DNA of 36,345 nt, from UHGV virus genome UHGV-0073579; one strand, given 5' to 3'. The position numbers were made by a program, and so were the translations under genes. The notes beneath the pieces are model-generated. The model was given only the letters and a program-made list of their open reading frames with translations, searched no databases and was not told where the DNA came from. Positions 1 to 9,761 of this stretch are shown here, piece by piece (positions within the stretch are counted from its first letter, which is position 1; each line of letters opens with the position of its first letter). The DNA is from a virus.

Positions 1-610
1 GCTGACCCGGTATTCTCTCAAATAAAAAACGAGCATTTTTAAATCGACTGACATCTGGAAGAGTTGATACTTTAAAAGTAAGCCCTCGCCCATCTATCTT
101 TTCACCACCTGTTGCAACAGAAAGTAATTCTGATAGAGCTGATGTATCATCATGAACACCATCACCAATAGCCCCCCAACCTCTTACATCATAACTGTCT
201 CTCCATCTTGCTATCTGAAGTTTTGGGTATTTATTCGCTCCATCTGGGTCTTCTAATTGCTGCCGTAACTGATCAGGATCATACTTCAGCACATTCGGAA
301 AATAGAACTGCTGCACACCATATGCATCATAAACAGCCATAGAATGGCCCTGTACAGTAACGAATTTGGCAATCTGTCCGTTATATACCGGATATCCAGC
401 AGCGTTAATGATGATTGGTTGCGAAACAGGAACGTGAGAACCGTCTTCATTCTCCACATAAACCTGAATCTGGTTTTCAGGATTTACTGGGTCAGTGTCA
501 ATTTTACCGATATAAATCTTTCCATTAGCTACGGCTTTAAAAGAACGAGCCATAGTGAAGAGTTGCGAAGGCATGCTTACCACAACATTGGCATTTATTG
601 AATCTGTCAT
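1..610 (-). CDS. Tailspike protein, N-terminal part (gene continues beyond window start)
   Basis: Minus-strand ATG at 610..608 with GGAG 9 nt upstream; translation [14 protein letters not shown]...[38 protein letters not shown] matches the conserved P22-type tailspike head-binding domain; the downstream part diverges; no stop before position 1. Confidence 0.85.
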   Translation of the reverse strand, partial: MTDSINANVVVSMPSQLFTMARSFKAVANGKIYIGKIDTDPVNPENQIQVYVENEDGSHVPVSQPIIINAAGYPVYNGQIAKFVTVQGHSMAVYDAYGVQQFYFPNVLKYDPDQLRQQLEDPDGANKYPKLQIARWRDSYDVRGWGAIGDGVHDDTSALSELLSVATGGEKIDGRGLTFKVSTLPDVSRFKNARFLFERIPGQ

Positions 611-666
611 TTAATTTGCTCCAGATACAAGGAATCACCGAAGCATGGCTACGATGAATTTTGGGC

Positions 667-693
667 ATAAAAAAACCCAGCCGAAGCTGGGTT
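667..693 (-). terminator. Rho-independent terminator after ant
   Basis: Hairpin cccagc-cgaa-gctggg followed by a T-run on the minus strand (A7 on plus). Confidence 0.55.
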
Positions 694-710
694 GTCGCGT
701 TGGTTATCTG

Positions 711-1640
711 TCAGTAGTTATGTACTGAAGGAGGTAATTCTTTATTCTTAAGTCTCATCCATGCGGAAAGATTCGTTGGTCCGTCTGGCTCATTGATATC
801 AACATCTCGTGTGTGGTTTATTAAAACGTCTCTTGCCATTCCGATAACATACGAGAACTCATGGCCATAGTCGTAGCATCTGCCGGAATAGTTCGATTGA
901 ATTTGTTTTAGCGCCGGATACAGTTCGCGGAATAATGCCTGTGAGCGGTTGGCATAATCCCATAACCATACAAGGCTGTTTGCTTCTTTTGCAGAAAGCT
1001 CGTTGGTTTTCTTCTCTTGTTTGCCGATGAACTCGCCTTCAAGCGGAACGCGAGCTGCAAGTGACAGAGCTTCGGTAAACTGCTCATCGCTGATTTCTTT
1101 GTATGAACATCCAAAATGGGATTTCAGTGACGACCACATGGTGATCATCGCCTTAGCCTGTTTTTCCTTTGGCAGAGACTGACCGCGACTCATGACGAGT
1201 TGTTTAATGGCTTCCTGCTGTTCAGTGGTGATTTTACCCGGCAACGCCTTTTTAGCTTTGCGTGGGTTAACTACATGGCCTTTAGTCCAGTATTCGTAGA
1301 GCACATCGTCACACTCTTCCTGATACTGGATTACCTTGTCGCGGATTTCAGGGCGGACTTTGTTAGGGCTAATGGTTTGCAGCCAACCTGCAAGTTTGCG
1401 AAGTGCCAAACAAATAATCTCACGGCGCTGTTCATCACTAGGAAGCTGCATTGTGATTTTCACAATGGAGGTTTTAAACCGCTGCTTCATTTTCGTAAAC
1501 TGTGAAGCCCAATCCATACCCATGCCTTCAACGATAGGTTTCATTGGGGTATACGGTTCGCCGTTGTGATTGACAACATAAAGCTCTGCGCCGTGGAATG
1601 GTACATTGATAGTAGATACTGCTGTTGCTATACTTTTCAT
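711..1640 (-). CDS. ant: Antirepressor Ant
   Basis: 309-aa ORF; N-terminus [41 protein letters not shown] as recalled for P22 Ant; lies downstream of arc and opposite mnt. Confidence 0.8.
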   Translation of the reverse strand: MKSIATAVSTINVPFHGAELYVVNHNGEPYTPMKPIVEGMGMDWASQFTKMKQRFKTSIVKITMQLPSDEQRREIICLALRKLAGWLQTISPNKVRPEIRDKVIQYQEECDDVLYEYWTKGHVVNPRKAKKALPGKITTEQQEAIKQLVMSRGQSLPKEKQAKAMITMWSSLKSHFGCSYKEISDEQFTEALSLAARVPLEGEFIGKQEKKTNELSAKEANSLVWLWDYANRSQALFRELYPALKQIQSNYSGRCYDYGHEFSYVIGMARDVLINHTRDVDINEPDGPTNLSAWMRLKNKELPPSVHNY

Positions 1641-1673
1641 GTCGTTAATTCCTATGCGTGGTTTTACGATACC

Positions 1674-1720
1674 GAAGCCCTGACTGTTCCCGCAGTTGGG
1701 GCTTCACTGTTTTGATTTCT
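1674..1720 (+). terminator. Plus-strand hairpin plus T-rich tract between ant and arc (possible terminator of a sar-like antisense RNA)
   Basis: gaagccc...gggcttc stem followed by actgttttgatttctttg on the plus strand; no T-run on the minus strand. Confidence 0.35.
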
Positions 1721-1873
1721 TTGCCGCATCAAGCATCACTTCTGAAAACGTGCGCTTGCCACTGAATACTCTTTCTCTTCTCAATTTTTCGTTCGTGCCA
1801 AATGATTCGCCATGAACAAAATTTGGTCTTAAAATGGTAATCGCAATCTCTTTGACTACTGCATCCAAGCGAA

Positions 1874-2026
1874 TCACACCGTTACCCCCTCTCTCTTCAG
1901 GCTGTCTATCAGGCGCTTGATAACCTCTGAGTTAAACGACCTGCACTCTTCCTTTGCCCTGCTACCGATAGCATCCTTTAACGACTGCGGCATCCTTACC
2001 AAAATCTTACTTATTTCTTTCTCCAT
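1874..2026 (-). CDS. arc: Arc-like ribbon-helix-helix repressor
   Basis: Internal ATG at 2026 with GGAGGG RBS; 50 aa MEKEISKILVRMPQSLKDAIGSRAKEECRSFNSEVIKRLIDSLKREG resembles Arc (..NGRSVNSEI.. motif); the track ORF start at 2062 is probably upstream of the real start. Confidence 0.7.
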   Translation of the reverse strand: MEKEISKILVRMPQSLKDAIGSRAKEECRSFNSEVIKRLIDSLKREGVTV

Positions 2027-2062
2027 GTTACCCTCCACACAAACAACTCTTTTCGAATACAA

Positions 2063-2140
2063 AAGATAGCAAAGTGAGTATATCTAGTCAAAATTTTTTT
2101 GCATACACTTTGATATCAAATTGAATACCAAAGGTGTGAT
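2063..2140. promoter_or_regulatory. Divergent arc-ant / mnt promoter-operator region
   Basis: 78-bp AT-rich interval between divergently oriented arc (minus) and mnt (plus); by analogy to P22 Pant/Pmnt; individual operators not resolved. Confidence 0.4.
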
Positions 2141-2389
2141 ATGGCAAAGGGTGTGTCAATTTCTCCAACTACGGTAAGAATCCCTGAATCTTTACGCGAG
2201 GCTCTTGCTGTCAGAGCATCAAAAAATGGTCGCTCTGTTAACTCCGAGATCGTCATGATTTTGCAAGCCGCGATTGATGAAGATAGGTCGCCAAAGTCAG
2301 TTGAGTCATTTGCTCAGCAAGAAGCTGACAAATTCAAAGAGGCGCTGCTTGAGACGCTAAAGACCATGTATGGTAAGGATGAAAAATAA
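2141..2389 (+). CDS. mnt: Mnt-like ribbon-helix-helix repressor
   Basis: 82 aa; KNGRSVNSEIVMILQAAID and C-terminal FKEALLETLKTMYGK resemble P22 Mnt; divergent from arc. Confidence 0.75.
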   Translation: MAKGVSISPTTVRIPESLREALAVRASKNGRSVNSEIVMILQAAIDEDRSPKSVESFAQQEADKFKEALLETLKTMYGKDEK

Positions 2390-2925
2390 TGCTGCACACA
2401 ATTCATTTCTTATGCCCCGTTAACACTGCCACTGTTGGGCAACTTCAGAACCACTGTCTCACCGCATTATCTCAAGGCGCAACTGAATTAAATATCCATA
2501 TATCAAGTCAGGGAGGGGAAACTGCCGCTGGCTTTACTGCGTATAACTTTCTTAAGTCACTCCCTGTTACCGTTAGAACTCACAACATAAGCAATGTTGA
2601 ATCCATAGCTAATATCGTTTTCCTGGCTGGCTCAGAACGTTTCGCAAACCCATTATCAAGATTCCTGTTACATCCTCTATTATGGGGCTTTGCCTCCCCA
2701 GCCGCCGACCATGCCAGATTGAGAGAGTACGGGAAATGCCTCGATAACGATCTTGATCGCTTCGTTGAGACGTTCAATATCGACATCGGAACCCATATTA
2801 GGTGGGCATCCCTGATAGCAGACTCGACCATTTTGGATGCTAACAAGGCTCTTGAGCATGGCATAATTAATTCCATAAAAACTGCAAGGCTGGCATCCAA
2901 TCAGGCAAACTGGTGGGTTGTTTGA
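2389..2925 (+). CDS. ClpP-fold (S14-like) serine protease homolog
   Basis: 178 aa; start overlaps the mnt stop (TAATG); ISSQGGETAAGF / SNVESIANIVFLAG / RFLLHPL segments align to ClpP INSPGG / AASMG / MIHQP, with candidate Ser and His retained. Confidence 0.65.
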   Translation: MLHTIHFLCPVNTATVGQLQNHCLTALSQGATELNIHISSQGGETAAGFTAYNFLKSLPVTVRTHNISNVESIANIVFLAGSERFANPLSRFLLHPLLWGFASPAADHARLREYGKCLDNDLDRFVETFNIDIGTHIRWASLIADSTILDANKALEHGIINSIKTARLASNQANWWVV

Positions 2926-2952
2926 TGGGTAAATCATGATTACTCCTTATAA

Positions 2953-2977
2953 AAAACCCACCTGACGGTGGGTTTTA
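2953..2977. terminator. Bidirectional terminator between convergent operons
   Basis: aaaaacccacc-tgac-ggtgggtttt: GC-rich hairpin flanked by A-run and T-run. Confidence 0.6.
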
Positions 2978-3400
2978 TTAGTGCTTGTATAGCTTGAACT
3001 CCCTGTCGAGCCATAAGACATAAAAAGTGGCTCCTATCTTATAACCAACCATAGGTGCCTTAGAGCAAAATCTGAACGCAATGAAATCCACATCTTGAGT
3101 AACATGCTTAGGAATCGGAGCCTTTATCGCGTTTCTGGCAATTTTTTCCGTCCCAAGCCCGTGTTTATCAGATTTTCGTATCTCATCCCATGACATCTGA
3201 CTTAACCTGAACAGCCTATCTGCAAATGCTGCCTTTTCATGCTTTTGGCAGCAATCTAGGCAATACCCCTTTTGTAGGTATCTAAGAGAAAATACAGGCG
3301 GACTTTTGTCTACATCATGAGATTCGTGATGGATAGAGAGGCCAACAGTAGCAGAGCTCTCTTTATCCCTCTGTTTTATTCTTCCCTTAACTCTAGACAT
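2978..3400 (-). CDS. Hypothetical 140-aa protein, coupled to the Panacea-domain gene (candidate toxin/effector)
   Basis: ORF starts 5 nt after the upstream gene's stop; basic N-terminus, Cys/His cluster (HHESH...CLDCCQKH); no family recognised. Confidence 0.5.
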   Translation of the reverse strand: MSRVKGRIKQRDKESSATVGLSIHHESHDVDKSPPVFSLRYLQKGYCLDCCQKHEKAAFADRLFRLSQMSWDEIRKSDKHGLGTEKIARNAIKAPIPKHVTQDVDFIAFRFCSKAPMVGYKIGATFYVLWLDREFKLYKH

Positions 3401-3405
3401 ACACG

Positions 3406-3849
3406 TCAGTTAATTAACGTTTTGAAAAAACCTTTCATAGAATCAAGTGTGATTTCTTGGCTAACCGCACCCTCAATGTAAGCATCTTTCCATGGCTGCT
3501 CTTCGTGAGTCATATTGCGCAGTTTCCAGGCAGAAAACTGACCATAAACTTTATACACCTCATCCAGCAATTCAATTTCATCTTCACTGAATTTTTTAGC
3601 GTCAAAGTTTTCTGGCGCAGGTAAAGCTCCGTTACCACAGTCCCTATATTTACGATACAATTCAGGAACTACTGGCCCATGCATCCAGGCTTCAATTTTC
3701 TCATTAAATAGCGGCTTACCCAGAAGAACCAGAGAAAACCCTTGGGCATAATACGTCAACTTCTGAATTTTTAGGTTAGAGATAATGTCGCCACTTTCTT
3801 CATCGCAATGCGCCAAGAAGTAGTCGGCGACATCAAAACAAGTGAGCAT
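3406..3849 (-). CDS. Panacea-domain (DUF4065; SocA/GepA-like) protein
   Basis: N-terminal DVADYFL...KIQKLTYYAQGFSLVLLGKPLFNEKIEAWMHGPVVPELY pattern typical of DUF4065; start chosen at the ATG with GGAGG 7 nt upstream. Confidence 0.7.
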   Translation of the reverse strand: MLTCFDVADYFLAHCDEESGDIISNLKIQKLTYYAQGFSLVLLGKPLFNEKIEAWMHGPVVPELYRKYRDCGNGALPAPENFDAKKFSEDEIELLDEVYKVYGQFSAWKLRNMTHEEQPWKDAYIEGAVSQEITLDSMKGFFKTLIN

Positions 3850-4223
3850 AAACATACCTCCATCTTGATAGCCGCAGCTATGTATACAACTGTGTCAAGT
3901 TGCATTTAATACCATAACAAAGCTGTCATCAATCCTTCAGAGGCTAACTTACAACCACTTTCTCGACACGTTTAAATCATTACGTTTCACATTTACTGCA
4001 TTTTCGCCGAAGTTACCTATAAGGTAATGTCACATTTCCTGCAAGTTTCATGCAATGTTGAAAAGTGAGCTATTCACTTTTCTATGACACTAAACACCAA
4101 AAATAGCACTTTTTGCTAAATCATTAGTCCAAGTTGTGGATGGTTTGTCGTTGACACGTTTTCACACACCACTCCACCAATACAGTATCATCTGGTATCC
4201 TGCTCAAAACTAAGGAGGTTGGT

Positions 4224-4451
4224 GTGAAGCGATGGTTCCTCATAATTACTGTTTTCGCGATCATTTACACTATTTTCCCTGCATTAAAAGCACCAATGCA
4301 AATAATTTCGCTAGCAATAATTGCAATTGGTGCTTTCATTGCAGTAGCCGTACTTGTGTTTAAGGTTTTAAAGTTTTTAGTTTGGCTATCAAAAGATGAT
4401 GGATGCAAAGTTCATCAAGAAAAAGAAGGCAAAATAACCAAAGTTGACTAA
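4224..4451 (+). CDS. Small predicted membrane protein (two hydrophobic helices)
   Basis: GTG start with strong RBS taaggagg 5 nt upstream; 75 aa with two hydrophobic stretches; divergent from the Panacea operon. Confidence 0.55.
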   Translation: MKRWFLIITVFAIIYTIFPALKAPMQIISLAIIAIGAFIAVAVLVFKVLKFLVWLSKDDGCKVHQEKEGKITKVD

Positions 4452-6571
4452 CTGTCACTAGCGAGCCATGTAATAATCCCCGTGCGGGCAATGGTTTTTG
4501 CTTCATCTGTTGATAAGGTTTTCTCCCATCTCTTAAATGCCCCAGATTGCATCAGTTTCCTTTCTATTACGCGTCTCACTTCTGCTCTGTCTACTGGTGC
4601 GTTTTGCAGGCGAAATAGCATTGATTTAAACTCAGGAGAAGACAGTAGAGCATCAGCAGCCTTTATCCTGCTTGTTTTCCCTGACATCAATGCTGACGTT
4701 ATCACCCCTGTTGCACCTACACCAGGAAGACCAGATAAGCTTGTAATACCTTCCGCCGCAGCGGCTTTTGAGGCTATTCCATAAATTTTTGCGAGACTAC
4801 CCTTTTCTTTCAGAAAGTTATTAACTTGCTGATCCACAAGACTACTAGCATACTGCTTACCAGTATTGAGTCTATTCATAGCCTTAGCTGCTTGATAAAT
4901 CGTATCAAGGCGCTTTGATGCATCTGTGCCAATAGCATCACGGAGAGCCTTCATATTGGCCCCATTGCGTGACATTCCGTTATACCATTTTACAAATCCA
5001 TCAACTCCTAATTGCTGACCAGGTGATTTGGCATAGCTGGTAAATGCTTTATTCATTGAGGTGAGCGCAACTTCCTGCCGCATATCCTTTGGAATCGACT
5101 TCATTAATTGCCTAAAGTCGCCACCGTTTCCTTTTGCCATATTAACAACAGCACTTTCAACTTTTGGAATTGCTGATTGCTGAAGTTTTCTACCCAAGAC
5201 GGTTACAGCATCATCTTCAATGGATTTTCGTTTTTTTACCAACTCCTTACCAAGCGTCCATAATTCCCCTGCGCCATATTTTTCTGCGACAGCCTGTTGG
5301 TCATCTGTTATGGCTGCATATAACTTTTTAAGAACACCTGTTTCTTCATCCTTGAATGGACCAGAGCCTTTGCCAATAGCTTGTCCAACCTGCTTTCTAG
5401 CGAGATCTAAACGCCCATACGTTGGCAAGGTGTTTGGATCAAGTCGGTTCAATGTCCGCTTCATTATTGGAGATAATTCATCAATTCCACCTATGTCATC
5501 AGCAAAATCCTCTAAAAAATTCAATGTATTAGTTGCCTCAATCCGGTCTCTTACAGGAACCTTTTCGGCAATTTTGTTGTAGATGTTATCTGACTGATTT
5601 TGTAATGATGAAATGGTTTTATCAAAATTATCTGCAAGCCTGTCAGAAACCAGTTGCTTATCAAGGCTTCCCCCAAATGAAGTTATCATTTCATCAGCTT
5701 TTCTTCCTAATTCAGTAATAAAACGCTTATGCGCCTCACTAATCTCTGTTCCAGGGAGACTTGCCACTGCATTATCAAGAGCCCTGACAGCAGGATTATT
5801 AGAGATCATGCCAGGAGTGGCATAATTTTCCAGTTCTAGCTCACGAATAGCATTTATCGCGTTAAAATCAGGATTAACTTCATCGGCGAAATCTTGAATA
5901 GCTCGTTGCCCGCCGATAAATTTATTGTCCATTGCGCCAGCAGCTTTCTTTAACGTTGCTTTAGATGATTTACTACCCATCCCTACGGATGAGCGATAAA
6001 TATCTCCGGCACTATTTTTAATTTTTCCTGCAATCTTCCCAAACGCTGGACCAACAATCTCTGCTACAGGGCCAGCCACAGCGCCAATAGCAGCTCCAGA
6101 AGCAACATCGCTATTTGTTCCATTGGCTACAATAGCCCCTTCTCCAGCACCAAGCCCTGCGGCGGCAGCCAGCCTTGCCGCCCCTTTCGGAACCTGAGAA
6201 ATAATCCCACCACCACTAACAAATGGTGCTGCTTGTCCAACGAACTCACCAACATCTTGTGCGGTTGATGGTTTTGCCGCTAACTTCTGCTGTAGAGACT
6301 GAATTGCGGCTTGCTCTTCTGGTGTCATATCCTGAAATAGACCAACACCTTTACCAACATCCATCAATCCACTGAGAACGCCATACATAAAACGGTCGAA
6401 GCCGTTAGCATTATTAACAACATTTTCCTGTCTGGAATTTTCCTCTGGTGAAACCAAAGGTGATTGCTGCTGCTCTGCTTGGGAATCAAGCACAAAACCA
6501 TCAGGAAGCTGTGAGTTATCAGGCTGATTATCGAGAACAAATCCTTCGGGTAAACCTACATCGGTTGCCAT
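4448..6571 (-). CDS. Ejection (internal) protein, P22 gp16-like
   Basis: 707-aa ORF immediately downstream of the gp20-like gene in the conserved gene order; Gly/Ala-rich. Confidence 0.65.
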   Translation of the reverse strand: MATDVGLPEGFVLDNQPDNSQLPDGFVLDSQAEQQQSPLVSPEENSRQENVVNNANGFDRFMYGVLSGLMDVGKGVGLFQDMTPEEQAAIQSLQQKLAAKPSTAQDVGEFVGQAAPFVSGGGIISQVPKGAARLAAAAGLGAGEGAIVANGTNSDVASGAAIGAVAGPVAEIVGPAFGKIAGKIKNSAGDIYRSSVGMGSKSSKATLKKAAGAMDNKFIGGQRAIQDFADEVNPDFNAINAIRELELENYATPGMISNNPAVRALDNAVASLPGTEISEAHKRFITELGRKADEMITSFGGSLDKQLVSDRLADNFDKTISSLQNQSDNIYNKIAEKVPVRDRIEATNTLNFLEDFADDIGGIDELSPIMKRTLNRLDPNTLPTYGRLDLARKQVGQAIGKGSGPFKDEETGVLKKLYAAITDDQQAVAEKYGAGELWTLGKELVKKRKSIEDDAVTVLGRKLQQSAIPKVESAVVNMAKGNGGDFRQLMKSIPKDMRQEVALTSMNKAFTSYAKSPGQQLGVDGFVKWYNGMSRNGANMKALRDAIGTDASKRLDTIYQAAKAMNRLNTGKQYASSLVDQQVNNFLKEKGSLAKIYGIASKAAAAEGITSLSGLPGVGATGVITSALMSGKTSRIKAADALLSSPEFKSMLFRLQNAPVDRAEVRRVIERKLMQSGAFKRWEKTLSTDEAKTIARTGIITWLASDS

Positions 6572-7899
6572 TGTCCGTTCCTATAAATGAGTTTCTGACC
6601 AGTTTTAGGGTTCGTTGCCGTCGCGCCTTCTGATATCCAACTTGGCGCAGCTTTTGTCTGCCCATTACCACCTTGTGGTGTAGGCTGCGCTGGGACATCG
6701 TCAAATAGCTTGGCCTTCCTTCTCCCTAAGCTTTTTTTTAGCCCTTGAGGAATAGTATCTCCATACGTATCCAGATATTCGTCTACCTGCTGGTTAAACT
6801 GCTGCCCCATAGCGTTGGCGTTAATTTTGGCTGCGTTAACAATGTTATCCCTCGCTTCCTGTGACAAGCCATTCCCTGCATTAAGCTGGTCTACATATCC
6901 TTTTATCTGCCCCCATATGCCATCAGAGCGCATGACCTGAACCTGTTCACCTTCGCGAACAACTGACTGAGGGTCGAGAGACTTCATGTAATTAAAGATA
7001 ATCCCAAGTTGGGCAGCGCCAGTATTTACCTTGCTAAGGGCTTGCAGAGAGTTTGCCGCCGCTCTGACAGAGTTATAATTTTTGCCAAAATTGGTAATAT
7101 CAGAATTTAATCCCTTAATTAAGTCTGCTGACGGCTTACCTTTTTGCCCCAGCTCCATTAGCTTCAATCCCATCTCATCTGAGTGCATTTGTGCCCGCTG
7201 AGCCCTGTCTAGTTGAGCGTTCTGGATATTTGCCCATCCTCTCGCATTCTCCATATCAGCCTGACGGATGCTTTCATCCAATCGCCCTTTCTCAAGTTGG
7301 CGACCAACCATCTTATCCTGATAATCCAGCATTTTATCCGGACCAACAGCCCCTAGCGTCATAGTAGTCAGCATGTGTGATAGCTGCTCTGGATTCTGGA
7401 TACCTGTCTGAATCATCCAGTCAGCATTAGCGCCAACGCGATTTAACCTGTCCTTGTTGTCAGTAATGAATTTACTGTAGGCTTCCGGTCCCTGAGAAAG
7501 AGCGACGTTAGCCCTCATGGCTAAATCGCCCATATCGTTGCGTTGCTGATCATTAAGACCGGAAAACGCCTGTTGTGCCTGTGCAACAAACGCTGGATTT
7601 TCCTGGGCAAACTTAAATAGTCCCGATGGATCACCAGAAGCCCATGCATCAGCGTGAACCTTATTGAACGCACTAATAGCTTTCTGTTGCTGTTCCTGAT
7701 TGTAAATATCAGCAACTCCAGCCAGACCACGTAACGCGGTCAGACCAACGTTATTTGCACCTGAGCGAGCCAGTTCATTGTTTTCGCGGATCAGACCAAG
7801 CGTTGCGTTAATGTCGCTTGCCTTTGGCGCATTCTCATTTTGCGCACCGATGCCAGCAAGAAACCCACCAGAATTAATACCCTGTTGCCACGTAGCCAT
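6556..7899 (-). CDS. Ejection protein, P22 gp20-like
   Basis: 447 aa; position between gp7-like and gp16-like genes; sequence recalled as gp20-like. Confidence 0.8.
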   Translation of the reverse strand: MATWQQGINSGGFLAGIGAQNENAPKASDINATLGLIRENNELARSGANNVGLTALRGLAGVADIYNQEQQQKAISAFNKVHADAWASGDPSGLFKFAQENPAFVAQAQQAFSGLNDQQRNDMGDLAMRANVALSQGPEAYSKFITDNKDRLNRVGANADWMIQTGIQNPEQLSHMLTTMTLGAVGPDKMLDYQDKMVGRQLEKGRLDESIRQADMENARGWANIQNAQLDRAQRAQMHSDEMGLKLMELGQKGKPSADLIKGLNSDITNFGKNYNSVRAAANSLQALSKVNTGAAQLGIIFNYMKSLDPQSVVREGEQVQVMRSDGIWGQIKGYVDQLNAGNGLSQEARDNIVNAAKINANAMGQQFNQQVDEYLDTYGDTIPQGLKKSLGRRKAKLFDDVPAQPTPQGGNGQTKAAPSWISEGATATNPKTGQKLIYRNGQWQPM

Positions 7900-7909
7900 T
7901 GATTACCCC

Positions 7910-8602
7910 TTAAAACAACGAGCCAAGCAGACCAAGACCAGCACCGATACCAGCACCCCACGGAGTTGATAGCTCGAGAGCACTGGCTATGCCACCACCC
8001 AAAAGTGCACCGGATGCAGCACCACTAACCCCCTGCTGCAATGCTGACGGTCGGTTGGCGTTTGCCGCAGCCAGCGCCGCGCTTTGCTGTGAAATCTGAC
8101 TCATGTTGTTGGCATATGTTTGCCCGGCGTTTGCCTGTCCCTGAAGAGCGCCAAGACCGATATTTGCCAGGTTGTTGTAATTGTTCATTTGTCCAGATAG
8201 CCATTGCTGACCAAGCGTTGGTGCGATTGTTGCTAACTGATTACTGGTTGCGGTGGAACCCAATCCACCTGTTGCTTCCGCTGCCGCCAGACTCTGATAG
8301 CGAGCCTGACCAGCAAGATCTTTGTACTGCTGAGAGTTGTAATACTGGTTAAGTGCCTGACCTTGCCCCTCCAGAGACGATAAGTTCTCGAGGCTGCCGA
8401 CATACTTCTCAGCCAGAGGAGTAAACGGTTTCAGGTTGTTCATGATGGTGTTGAACTGCTGATTTTGCAGGTCTGCGGCATACTTCTGAGCTTCTGCGGC
8501 ATACTTTGCACTTTTATCAGAACTGCCACCTTTCCCGCCTTTTTCAGGGTAATAAGGTTCCTCGCCGCGCAGTTTTCTGCCCAGCTTAAATGCATATAAC
8601 AT
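7910..8602 (-). CDS. Ejection protein, P22 gp7-like
   Basis: 230 aa; MLYAFKLGRKLRGEEPYYPEKGGKGG N-terminus and Gly-rich C-terminus ...TPWGAGIGAGLGLLGSLF match P22 gp7. Confidence 0.85.
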   Translation of the reverse strand: MLYAFKLGRKLRGEEPYYPEKGGKGGSSDKSAKYAAEAQKYAADLQNQQFNTIMNNLKPFTPLAEKYVGSLENLSSLEGQGQALNQYYNSQQYKDLAGQARYQSLAAAEATGGLGSTATSNQLATIAPTLGQQWLSGQMNNYNNLANIGLGALQGQANAGQTYANNMSQISQQSAALAAANANRPSALQQGVSGAASGALLGGGIASALELSTPWGAGIGAGLGLLGSLF

Positions 8603-8604
8603 GG

Positions 8605-9060
8605 CTATCTCCCGTGATTCAGGAAGTCGATTAGTTCTTCGCGTGTTGCGCTGTAAAAAGTCACGTCATCCACGCCTTTGAAGTATTTCTTGATGGTTCC
8701 TACACGCTTAAGGCCAATCATTGCGCAGTACATCTGACCGTGGCGGAATTTGCGCGCAGCGAACGATGTGACGCACTGAACGGTGGTGTTAGTCAGAATG
8801 TATCGCCAGAACGCCAGCCCGATTTCCTTGCTGAAGCCGCGAATCTCTGGCAGGTACATGGCGTGGCAATCGAATGTCAGCGGCTGAATCTCCTGATAGT
8901 AAACAATGCCGCCGAACTGTCCGTGCACGTTAACCTCAAAGTAACGGCATTCAGGTTTGTAGTCGTATCCATCACCGTTGTTGCTCCCGGCGATAATGTC
9001 AGGGTGATTTCCTACTGCTTCTATCAGGTCGATGTTTCGCGTTGGTTTGAATGTAATCAT
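8605..9060 (-). CDS. P22 gp14-like head/ejection-associated protein
   Basis: 151 aa; position between tail needle and gp7 genes. Confidence 0.65.
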   Translation of the reverse strand: MITFKPTRNIDLIEAVGNHPDIIAGSNNGDGYDYKPECRYFEVNVHGQFGGIVYYQEIQPLTFDCHAMYLPEIRGFSKEIGLAFWRYILTNTTVQCVTSFAARKFRHGQMYCAMIGLKRVGTIKKYFKGVDDVTFYSATREELIDFLNHGR

Positions 9061-9761
9061 CAGTCAATCAGCCCATGTAATCTAAGTGCCGTTTCAATCG
9101 CCAGAATACGCTGCCGCGCCTGCTGCAAACCTGTAGCGAGAGCCGCGACTTCGGATTGTGTGTACGTAGTGCCGACCGTGTATGACTGGTTAGCGTTGAA
9201 TGAGCCAAGAAGAGGTGTACCTGTGGCTGCAGTCCATCCGGTATTTCTTGCTCCAACAACCTGAATTCCATCAACTGAATATGATGTTTTTACATCCAGC
9301 GGTGACGCAAGAGACTGCGATTCGGTTACGGTTTTCGATACGTAATCACTCTTAATGCCAGAGACATCGTTTTCTACGTCATCCAGTCTTTGGTCAACAG
9401 TGACCAGATGCGCCTGAATATCGATAACCTCATCCAGCAAGTAATCAACATCGCTACGCAGTACGACTATCTTCCCTTCGGCAGTTGTTAACCTGACCTC
9501 AAGTAGATTTATCGCTTTTGTGTTTTCGGTGATTCTTGCGTCGTGATCAGCCAGTTCGACATCCTGTTCATCGTTTTTTACCTGGGCATCGTAAGCGCCC
9601 TGACCAGCCTGATTTGCCTTCCCGGCAATTGCGCCGACATCAGCCCCCTGATTAATGACATACAGCAGGTAAGACTGGCTGAATATATTGCGTGGAAGGA
9701 TTGATGTATCGAGTCGTGTAGCCTGAATTGTTACCGGCTCATTGAGATTCGAATCAGCCAT
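9060..9761 (-). CDS. Tail needle protein, P22 gp26-like
   Basis: 233 aa; [25 protein letters not shown]...[21 protein letters not shown] matches gp26 at both ends. Confidence 0.9.
   Translation of the reverse strand: MADSNLNEPVTIQATRLDTSILPRNIFSQSYLLYVINQGADVGAIAGKANQAGQGAYDAQVKNDEQDVELADHDARITENTKAINLLEVRLTTAEGKIVVLRSDVDYLLDEVIDIQAHLVTVDQRLDDVENDVSGIKSDYVSKTVTESQSLASPLDVKTSYSVDGIQVVGARNTGWTAATGTPLLGSFNANQSYTVGTTYTQSEVAALATGLQQARQRILAIETALRLHGLID

Noticed and set aside
344-601. 85-aa plus-strand ORF
   Set aside because: Lies antisense inside the tailspike coding region, has no RBS and a low-complexity translation; likely a shadow ORF.
2389-2925. ClpP-like gene as a prohead maturation protease
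   Set aside because: It is outside and opposite to the head-assembly operon, is co-transcribed with mnt, and P22-type capsids mature without a protease.
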